Of a stretch of DNA of 64,000 nucleotides, positions 53,646-64,000 are shown piece by piece. The stretch covers positions 4,385,866-4,449,865 of the forward strand of contig CM119266.1 of NCBI GenBank assembly GCA_051294375.1, given 5' to 3'. The DNA comes from Paraspadella gotoi. Its lineage: Eukaryota > Animalia > Chaetognatha. The notes beneath the pieces are model-generated. The model saw only the letters and a list, made by a program, of their open reading frames with translations. It searched no databases and was not told where the DNA came from. Both the position numbers and the translations under genes were made by a program. How positions within the stretch are numbered: the first letter of the stretch is position 1; each line of letters begins with the position of its first letter.

Positions 53646-55990
53646 GAAAGGTGGAATCGAAATGATGGAATTTGGAAAATAGATTCCATCGAAGATAAAA
53701 ATAGTTTTTTTTGCTGAGAATCGATGAACAGAATAAAAGTTTTGTTGAATAAATTTGATGAATGAAAGAATAATATAGAATTTTATTAATTCTGTAAATT
53801 TGGTCAGTCGTTTGTATTCGTATTATTGTACAGAATTATAAGTTACATTAAAGAAAACGCTTCCTTTAATTAAAAGAAACGCTTCCTTTAANNNNNNNNN
53901 NAAATCGTCTATGAAATTGGTACAACCAATATAACATTATCCATTCATTTATTAAATAATCTANNNNNNNNNNNNNNNNNNNNNNNNNNNNNNNNNNNNN
54001 NNNNNNNNNNNNNNNNNNNNNNNNNNNNNNNNNNNNNNNNNNNNNNNNNNNNNNNNNNNNNNNNNNNNNNNNNNNNNNNNNNNNNNNNNNNNNNNNNNNN
54101 NNNNNNNNNNNNNNNNNNNNNNNNNNNNNNNNNNNNNNNNNNNNNNNNNNNNNNNNNNNNNNNNNNNNNNNNNNNNNNNNNNNNNNNNNNNNNNNNNNNN
54201 NNNNNNNNNNNNNNNNNNNNNNNNNNNNNNNNNNNNNNNNNNNNNNNNNCTGGCTTCTCTATCAATGAAGTAGTATAATATTTCAAAGATTGTTTCAATT
54301 GTATTAGATCGGGGAATACTATATTGTACTCATACCATTTTCTATACTATTTTTCAGTATTATCTCTTTATCCATTCCACGCCGTCCCCCTGTTCCCCAC
54401 AAATCGTACCCACACTGCACCCACACCTCACCCACACCGCCACATCCTCTCAAACGGAATTCTCCTTCTTGATTTGTTAGTTTTTCTCTTTTTGTTCATT
54501 TTTTATTCTTTTTTTATTTCGACATCTTTTAACACCTCACGGTAAAAAGCAACGAGGTCCATTAAGGAGGGGAAAAAGAAGGGAGAAAGAAAACGGATTA
54601 AATAAGAGNNNNNNNNNNNNNNNNNNNNNNNNNAACTATATATTTCCCTTTCTTACTATACATTTTTATAATTTAAATACAGCCTCTCCCGTTGACCGAC
54701 GACGACGACAACAACACAACAACAACTCCGACGACAACAACGACGAGAACAACGACGACGACAACCACGACGACGCTCCCCAAAGCCACCCGTCCCGCGT
54801 CGTCAATGAGGAATTTGGGGGGTCGAGATAAAAATGAGGTTCCCGAAAATTAAAGAATTCCCGAGTCGAAGTGAATGAAATTCACGGAAAAGAATTCGGA
54901 AAAGAGGACAAAGCGTGATCACTTCCTTTGGAGAGGGTTGAGAGAGAGAGAGAAAGAGAGCGACGAGAGAAGAGAGAGAAGGAGAGAATGACGATGAGAA
55001 GAGAGAGAAGAGAGAGCACGAGAGAGAGACCGAAAGGTGAATCAAAATGATGGAATTTGGAAAAATTTATTATATTCCATCGAAAGATAAAAAGTTTTTT
55101 TTGCGAGAAGAATCATGAACCAGAAATACAAAGTTTTGGTTGAATAAAAATGATGAATAGTAAAAAAAATAATATAGATTTATTAATCTGTAAATTGGTC
55201 AAGTCGTTTGTATTCGTATTATTGTCACAGAATTATAAGTTTACATTAAAGAAAAACGCTTCCTAATTAAAAGAAACGCTTCCTTTAATTAATAAACTAC
55301 ACCGTCTCTTGAAAATTCTATATTGGTCCAGCTATGATTATTATGTTATCTATTGTTATTTACATTGTAAGAGGACTGAGGTCATAGGCCTGTTCAAAGT
55401 CAAAAGCCAAAGTAAGCCTGTTAATGTGATTAAATGAATTAATTTCTTACATTATTCAAAACCAATTTCATCATTGTCAAAATTCGTCTATGAAATTGTG
55501 GTAAATTACCGAAGGGTATAACATTATCCTACATTTTATTAAATAATCTATCTTGCCCCTGACTTTGGACAGCTTCTTATATATTTTGCCTCCCAATCAC
55601 TCTTAGAACGATAATAACGAACTCTCTCACAGTCTCGTTATTAGTCCTAGAGTACCTGGCTTTCTCTATCAATTGAAGTAGTATAAAATATTTCAAAGTT
55701 GATTTACAATTGTATTAGATCGGGGAATACTATATTTCTACTTCATACCATTTTCTTCTATACATTTTTCAGTATTATCTCTTTATCCGATTCACGCGTC
55801 CCCTGTTCCCCACAAATCGTACCCACACTGCACCCACACCTCACCCACCACCGGCCACATCCTCTCAAACGGAATTCTCCTCTGTGATTTGTTAGTTTTC
55901 TCTTTTGTTCCATTTTTTATTCTTTTTTTATTCGAATCTATTTCTTTTAACACCTCACGGTAAAAAGCAACCGAGGTCCATAAGGAGGGA
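53190..55990 (+). repeat. Tandem duplication (53190-54575 = 54700-55990); its 3' part appears a third time at 61615-61920
   Basis: Shared colinear anchors: aaccacgacgacgc, gggtcgagataaaaatgagg, aagaaacgcttcctttaa, tagatcgggg, caaacggaattctcct, cctcacggt.aaaagcaa.cgaggtcc. Confidence 0.85.
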
Positions 55991-56544
55991 AAAGAAGGGA
56001 GATAATTATAATATTATCTAAATTAAATAAGACGAAAGGAGAGAGTTTGATGAGAGAGAGGGAGAGAGAAGAGAGAGAAGAGGATTTGATTTTTTGATTT
56101 GAATATTTATCTATTGCACCTTGCGAGTGGGTTAACACTCCTTAAGGCGGACATTAATTAAACATTTTATACAAAAGAACAATTTTTAGGTCTAAACACA
56201 TCATAATGTATATGAAACAAGTGAACTGACTAAATATCCGGATATTAGCAGACTGGAGTGCTATACTTCTATCGATGACACGTCGTCACTATATATCGTT
56301 GACACAAACAAAAAATGAAATTGATAAAAGCTACGATAGAATAAAATTAGTTTGTACCAGTATATCGAAGCACAACACAAAAAATAGGTGTTATCTTTAA
56401 TCAATTGGCAGTCCATATACTACGAACCACTTGTACATCAAACAAATAAAGTTAATTTGCGCTCGTGAATTACTTGTTCCATAGACCCAATTGAATAGTA
56501 CTAATTAGCCGTCTCCAGTAGAGTTGATAAATAAAAAAAATAAA

Positions 56545-59500
56545 AAACTTGATTAATTAATTAATTTGACCCCTCGGGCAGCCCCCTTTTCTCTATCCCC
56601 AGATCACGATTCACAGAATGTGGTGGCTACTCCGTTTGGGGGGTGGGGAAGATCCATCTCAACACGAAGTGAGAGTCCATCGGCCTACAAGGGAGACGAC
56701 GTGTTCAATGGAGTACTTTGTCTCGGTTCTGTGTCTGTCATGCGTGGTTTGGGTCTACGTGCGTGTTCAATTGGCGAGCCCAGTTTAGAACCTGAGAACT
56801 TTTTATTTTCTGCTGTTTACACAATTGTCCCGAATATCGAGAATGGTCTCCCGCATAATCCACTTTTGCCTATACCATGCTCAAAGACGTTTGAAACTAA
56901 ATAGTCTTAAATGCGTTTTTTCACGCTACCTACCACTCGCATCCAGTAGTAGTTTATTTGAAAACATATTTCGGAGATTCAGAGCCATTCCTCAATGCTT
57001 GACCCCTGGATTCTTTCCAGTTTCGTCCAATGAACCTCGGACACTAGGTTAAGTAACAAACGCTGCCATATTCTAAAGCGTTCTGATCATACGTTGTAAA
57101 TAATTAATTATTCATCGTGATTATTCCCTTTGTTCATCGTTTTGATCCGTTTAGAATTCTCCAAGTCTCAAAATGGCTTTTCCACCCACTTTCATTTATG
57201 TAATTCTTTCCCACAGTTAATTTTTGGTCCAGAGGAACTTCCCAGAAATTTACTTGTTCGACCACTTCGACGTTGCCTGCCCAAGAGACCTGAGGTTCAT
57301 ATCAGCCCTCAGATGATTTGCAGGCGACTAAAGATTATGAAATGTTGACTTGTGAGGCTAATTTATAGGCGCCATTGGGTGCACCACTCCTCTAAAATGT
57401 AATAATCGTTTAATCCAGTAGTTTGCATTTTGTTACGGGATTATCATGCGCATAGTCCATGCTGCTTGATCATCATCTCTAAATTGAGCTGGCTCTATTT
57501 CGTCCCCTTCAAATACGTGTCTGTATGAATATTTGAAAGAGGTCTGACTAATTACCCCTCCTTGTGGACCAGCTGTATATATATTTTTGACTCCCTTGCC
57601 TTCGTGGACGTATAACGGCACTTAAAAATTCTTATGGATCCTAATCTAATTTGTCATGAAGCCCCTTTTTTGCTATTTTGTAACGTAAGCCATTCCACCA
57701 GAGATGAGTCGAATGCTAGTATCGATTCCAAGAACAAACCTACTACACATTTCTTTTCTCGAAACGCCTATTTATACACCTTTCGTTAATCTAAACAGAT
57801 GATCTTGTGCGACTCGATTCTTTATAATCCACTTGATAACATTTCTCACCCTTTCTTGTCCATGATCCACTATTAGCCCTTTTTAAACTAAGACTCTCAA
57901 AAGACTTACCATACATTGAAAGGAAGACTTATTGGACGATGATTTGGCATTCTTTTAAATCTTTTCCTTTCTTCCGAAGAGTTATTAGTTTTTTCTTTCC
58001 ACGCCTTTGGAATAAAGCCCGTGCCTCTTATATCTATATGTGTGAATATGTCAGAAGTTGAAGTTAGGACTGGTAGCTGATAATTGCTTGAGCATTAAAG
58101 TAAGTGACTCCGTCTCCCCTGCAGCTGACTTATTTTTACACTCACGAATACCGCATAAAATTCTTCCGCTGAAGAAGTCGGGCTGTTCTTCATCTTCCTG
58201 CTCGTTTTTTGCTAGTGAACAAACTTTCAGACCTATTTTAATGCAGTAATATCCGTCTACTCTTTTCTCCATTCATCAGTCAAAAGTTTCACGGTCGGAA
58301 TTGTAAACCTTTTCTAGTCTCCTTGCATGTGTTTCTGCCTTCGTTCTTTAGCGTTACTGCTTGTGTCCATTTGCCTCGATAAGTGCTGGGAGGGCAGATT
58401 TCCGATGTCCTTATTTGACTATTTCCTTGTATATAATTCCCATTTCTTTCTGCCGTTTGTATTGCCATAATGTCTACTATTTGCTTTCCAAGAAGTGCCT
58501 CATCATTTACAAGACTTTTTCTTAAAGTTCTATTTAGACTTATGTATATGTATTCTTAGCGACTCATCGTTTGACGGCGGCTCGCTTCTTCTACCTCCAA
58601 AATTGGCAGTTTCCTTTTTAATTCCCCAGAAGTATATTGGGACTTGTTTTGACAGTTAATTGAAACCCTTTTTCCACACGTTTCTTTAGTACTTCTCATA
58701 GCGACTCTAATGATGATGCATAGTTCCTTCTGCCCAGTGTTGCTATGACCTGTCTATCGTCTTCCTGCGGACGGTGTCTACCAGAGAGTTCTCGACTTTG
58801 CTCTGCGAACTATTGCCAATCTTAATTTTCCTCTTAGCTTAGCATACTTCCCGTTTCAAAGCCTTTAATTATCGTATATTAGGGAATATGATCGCTCTGT
58901 ATTAGAGGACCCCGTTCCATCACAATCTATGAAGAAGTTATCGTTGCAACAGGTCTCTATATATCTATATCTATCTCCTTTGCGTGTGTATAATATTCTT
59001 GAAGAAAGTTGCGTTCTCCGGTATTTAAGCATTGTAGTTATATGTTTTCCAGCTGATCTTCCAAACGTTTAACCCTTCTTGTATTTATTGTTACCCTCAA
59101 GGCATGTAATTTAAGCATTCATATCCCCCATATGAGACTTGTGTAATCCTTTACCGTCATGTCTTGCATTTGATATTTGTTCAAAGTATTCGTTGGCCAT
59201 TTATGTCCTGGTGTTATGTAAATTGTGGATATCAACTAATTCCCAGTTTAGAGTTGACTATCTTACACACTAATGTATCTGGTTTCTGAGTCTTTGCTTT
59301 TTATTACTTCAGAATGAGATAATCCTTTGGAATTAGCATTAATTTACTCCCCCGGGATTGCGTTACTGTGTGTGTATTGTTGGCGGCTCTTCTTACTGTG
59401 ATATAATTCCTAATAGCGTATTCATCTTCGTTTTCAATCTTGTTGTCATAATTAACAATCATTATCTGTTGCAGAATAAGCGTAATTGTTTCTCTATTAA

Positions 59501-61339
59501 TTAAATTTCTAATCTAAGTCTCTAGGTATGATAGAGTTGCGTCACCTGCCAGTATGCCGATGCCCTTTAGTTTCTGTCCATCTTTCTTGAAAATTGCGCT
59601 GTTGCTGACCTGCACTGCAGGTATTGCTGGGGTTGCTCAGGGCATTATCTAGTGGCATTCTGTACTCTGCTACCTTTGCCACACGGGTTTCAGTTTAGAG
59701 GTGTTTGGTGACATTGTCGTTTTGTTGTACTCCTCGATATAGGCTGGAATTGGCTGATTAAGCCCCAGGTCGGCATTGGCGGCCTGCCACGTTGCGTTTT
59801 TTTCGTCCCAACTTGCGGCGTAGTTGCTGTAGTTCCGGGCTTGATTCATGATCGTGGTTCTTTGTTGCCTATTGCCTTCCAATCGTTCGTCCCTGTAATG
59901 TTGTAATTGGCTTTAGTGAAGGCGTCCCACTTGGGAGTTGCTTTATATCCGCTGCTTGTATTTTCTCCGTTGGTATCGTTCCGGGAGATTGATTTATCCC
60001 GTGCGCCAGTCGAGTTCGGGAATAATTGCCTGGTAGGGGCGTATTTTGACACCATGTTTGAAAATAACTCGGTCGATTTCTGTCCTACTCGAATTCTATG
60101 TATGTTTCCATTTTAAATATTTATCTTTGTTTGCATTTCACTCAAGTTTTCATACCAAGTCCTTGTTGACTTTTTCCTAATATGTTTAGCAAAATACGTT
60201 ACTGTAGTTTCCCCTTAACAGACCACAGTTCTAACATTGAACTCCATTAAATTTCAATGCCAAGGCCACATGGCTTTCAATTACTATGTCTGCCTTGTTA
60301 AAGTTATACGAGAATGTTTGCACTGTCACATTTGCATATGTCCGCGATGTCCCTGTGTGTGTGTATCTCTTATTCTAATGTCCCCTTCGTCGTTCTTTGT
60401 TCCATGGTACGGCCTGGGTTCTTTTACTGCTTTGCTTCATTGATTCGCCGGGATGTAAAGCTGCAGCCCTTATTAGGTTGCAGAATGGGGCCTTGACCAA
60501 TTGCGCAAGAAATTTCTTCGTCCTTGGTGACATCCTTAAATCCTGTGATTTGTCCGCATCGAGAACTATTTGTTTTCTGTTTCTGGACAGTTGAAGCTGA
60601 GGTGTCAACCTATATCTATTTAAGCATTGTGTTAATTTTTTCAATTCTTTTGAATTCTTCGACTTTAGTCTCTTTTGAAAAGGTATCTGAAACCCTCACT
60701 AGAATGCACCTTTTTTCGAGCGCGGATCTCAGCGTAACTCTGACGCTCCAAGTGGAGTTTGTTCTTTTTCCGACTTTTTATCCGCTTTACTTCTGAAGGT
60801 GATAGTTTGTCGTTCTCAATTGATTAGGAATGTCCTCCTCTGCAATTTTCAGGGTCTAGCCCCGTATGACGACGCTCTGTGTGTATCTTAGTGCGCGGCG
60901 AGAGTCTGGAACAAGTGATTGTAATTCATTAGACTTCCATAGTTCCAGTTTCAAGGACTATACTCTCTAGTCTTTCGGGTTTCTCCCCGTCAAAACAATT
61001 TTCTCCTTTCGCGTATTTTTAATTTCATCTAATGCCACGTCAGCTGGCGTATACTTTTTCAATTAATCTCCGTTAGACTTTTGCGACTGCGATAGTGTTT
61101 CAGACGATTAAAGTATTGCTTACTGTACAGCAGTTTTCTTGTAAGAGACTTCCTTCCAGATGTTTGCTCTGTACTTCGCCTGGATTTCCCGACTTTTCTT
61201 CCTCCTGGGCTCGGAGGGACTTGCAACCTCCCGTAGCTTTTTAATGTTCTTCCTGCTTTCTTCGGTTCGTCGTTCCGTTCGGTACTTCACCGTTTGACTC
61301 GGTCACTTTTCTGCGACTATGTCTGCCCATCGAGAGCAT

Positions 61340-61341
<2 letters not shown>
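56545..61341 (-). mobile_element. Near full-length non-LTR retrotransposon (LINE; Jockey/I-group architecture): gag-like ORF1 plus APE-RT ORF2, frameshifted
   Basis: Minus-strand motifs in order. ORF1: SVVIRG..IAEEDI ~60830-60880, VRVTLRS ~60730, three CCHC-like knuckles (TQCLN.., RCGQ.., CA...GPH.A..KGC) 60465-60635. APE: GGV ~59350, TIY ~59220, MGDMNA 59113-59131, SDHIP ~58885-58897. RT: KSAAG ~58120, AWK ~58003, AQDHLFRL ~57790-57812, LWWNGLRYK ~57680-57702, PQGGVIS ~57548-57568, QF.DD ~57470-57487, KFLG ~57240, LEYG ~57070. (TAAT)n 3' tail at 56550-56567. Confidence 0.9.
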
Positions 61342-61374
<33 letters not shown>

Positions 61375-62792
61375 CTTTTTGAGATGAAATTCACGCGGAC
61401 ACAAAAAGGGGCTGAGATTTGAGTTTTGTCGAAGCAAATGATCAGTGCTAAGTAACGTCCATATTGATATAAACTTGTTACGCTTTTCGTCGCTGTCGCT
61501 TGAATTCAGTTCATCGGCAAACATAATTCACTCACGGAAAAAGAAAAAAAAATTGGGNNNNNNNNNNNNNNNNNNNNNNNNNTAGAATGATTTGCAAAGA
61601 CTTAGTTTCAGCCATGTATCTAGATCGGGGGCAATACGTATAGTTTGTACTCATACTACCCATTTCTATGAACTATTTTGCAGATCTATCTCTTCTATCC
61701 ATTCACACAGCGCTGATCCCTTTCCCCACGCAAATCTACCCCACACTGCACCCCACACACTTCAGGCCCACACCCAATCCTGTCACTCAAACGGAATTCT
61801 CCTCTGAGATTTGTTAGTGCTTTTCTCTGTGTTTGCTTTCTATCTTTTATATTCTTTTTTATTATCGACATCTTTTAAACCTCACGGTCAAAAAGCAACG
61901 AGGTCCCACAGTTAAGAGGCGAGGCGCGAGCGAAAAGCAGCAAACGGCCGGAGAACAGGAAGAACAGGATTACAATAAGAGCAGAGAGGAGAGAGAACGA
62001 GAGAGAGAGGAGGAGAGAGAGAAGGAGAGCACGAGAAGGAACAGGTGAAAATGAGAGAGAGAGACACAGACCCGCCAGACCCGAGCACGAACACGACTCT
62101 GTCTTTGACCGATGGCCAAATCTCACGCGCGCACACCAACAATGGGGCGCCGGCGGCCTCTGAGACCCATTTTAATGCACGATGCCTCTCAAATCACAGT
62201 CGGCTCCATTACACCACCATACGGATACAAGGCCACCCAAATAGAAAACCCACCTCAGCCATCCTCACACCATAGCTCGCTACAGACAGTATAAATCACG
62301 TCCACTATCAGAGTATCAAACCACATTACCGTTACGCCTCTTTTCGCGACCTGTCACGCTATGAAATCCTACCCCCAGTTGCTAAATTCGCGCAAACGAG
62401 TCCACATTCACTCACGGAAAACACTGACCAAAAATAAGCTCGCCTCCAACACACACCATCCTGCTGCGCGGCCCTCATTCTCATAACCGTCCGCGCCACA
62501 CCACTCGCACCTAACTCTGCGTCGGCAAAAGAAATCTTACATCTTTCTGCTTCTCAACTCCTTGCGCTCTCCTCTCTCCTCTCTTCGCACCCTACTCTCT
62601 CTCTCCTCTCTCTCTCTCCCTCGTCAAGTCCTCTTCTACTCCTCTCTCCTCTCTCTCTCTTTCGCCTCCTAGATCTCCCTCTCTCTCATAATATTCCTTC
62701 GCGCTGCAAGGAGTATACAAAAACAAGAGAAGCGAATCTGTTCTGAGAATCTCACCCTGTCCCAACTTCCATCAAATGGTTTATATGTGAAC

Positions 62793-62847
62793 CAAAAAAA
62801 ACAAGAAAAAAAAAAAAAAGAAAAAAAAAAAAAACAAAAAAAAAAAA

Positions 62848-62896
<49 letters not shown>

Positions 62897-62945
62897 ACAA
62901 AAATAAAAATAAAAAACAAAAAAAAAACAAAAAAAAAAAAACAAA

Positions 62946-62978
<33 letters not shown>

Positions 62979-63032
62979 CAAAAAAAAGAAAAAAAGATAG
63001 GAAAAAAAAAAAAAAAAAGAAAAAAAGAAAAG

Positions 63033-63088
<56 letters not shown>

Positions 63089-63105
63089 AAAAAAAAAAAC
63101 AAAAG

Positions 63106-63159
<54 letters not shown>

Positions 63160-63166
63160 AAAAAAA

Positions 63167-63208
<42 letters not shown>

Positions 63209-63222
63209 AAAAAAGAAAGAAA
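62793..63222 (+). repeat. ~430-bp poly(A)-rich tract (possible sequencing artefact)
   Basis: Direct reading; it follows a low-quality segment. Confidence 0.85.
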
Positions 63223-64000
63223 CATACTGAGCCCAAAGTTGTCTACGCGTGTTTGAACTTTGCCATTTCCTTTTTCGAAGGGAAATTTGAATAATCTCTT
63301 TTCCTTCTAACTCTCAGGGTTAAAGAAGGGAAAAGAAAAAAGAAGGGAAAAGAAAAGAATTAAGAAAAGAAAAGAATAAAGAAAAGAAAAAGGAAGGATA
63401 ATTTAAAGGTATTACATCAAATCGAATTTTTGAACTAGTGATTTATTGCTTACTTTATTTGAAAATGAATATTTTTTTAAATATTTGTATTTTTTATAGC
63501 CAATATGAAAATTATTATCTATTTAATATTTATAAGTAAAAATAAATAATAAAAAATAATATTATTATATAATACTACAATATACAAAAATAGATAAAGA
63601 TCGACAGACCGACCGAAAATAGACTTAAAGAGTCGCTCCTGCGAGCACTCTCGGGTCGGCGGCAAAAGGAGTCGATCCTTTGACAAGGGGACCAAGTAGT
63701 TTGGGTGGCTCCTTGGCCTCTTTGGCCTATTTTGGCCTCAAAAGAAAAAGATTGATATCGGAGGTTCAACCTTCTACAATAAATAGCAAACATTAAACAT
63801 TAAACACGAAGCAAAAAAAGAATTTTTCGGTTTCATTTGCGGAATAAATTAAAATACAGACAGAACCAATTTCAAAATAAAAAGCAAATATATTATATTA
63901 GTATAAATATTATAAGAGCCTTCTCAGCTATATTCTTTCAAAACTACAGTTTTTTATGCAAATATTAGAATTTCTAAAGCATTTTTTTTTTTTATCCATC

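Noticed and set aside
62793-63222. Poly(A) tail of a retrocopy or LINE
   Set aside because: It is on the wrong strand and end for the adjacent LINE, the upstream sequence is low quality, and no TSD or parent-like body is seen.

Overview
This is a eukaryotic, probably invertebrate, draft-assembly window; the taxon cannot be determined from the sequence. It is AT-rich, dense in microsatellites ((GA)n, (GAC)n, (CTTT)n, (AAT)n, (GATA)n) and has many N gaps. It appears to be a mosaic of accurate contigs and indel-rich long-read fills, several of which duplicate neighbouring sequence (9.8-12.1 kb = 24.2-26.6 kb; a direct/inverted tangle at 30.6-34.5 kb; 53.2-56.0 kb/61.6-61.9 kb). Nearly all listed ORFs are translations of simple repeats. 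Two near-full-length retroelements, missed by the ORF track because of frameshifts, can be read motif by motif. One is a Ty3/Gypsy element of CsRn1 type (+, ~13.75-18.9 kb; gag CHCC, protease, RT, RNase H, integrase with GPY/F motif). The other is a non-LTR element of Jockey/I type (-, ~56.5-61.3 kb; gag with 3 zinc knuckles, APE, RT). Also present: one clean spliced exon (3388-4034, -), several weaker exon candidates at 39.7-50.5 kb, tRNA-derived SINE heads, a Helentron/HINE-like element, an unclassified ~200-bp dispersed repeat, and a promoter-like ETS/CRE/X-box cluster at 27-28.3 kb. I found no convincing novel biological system; the leads below are speculative and are scored accordingly.
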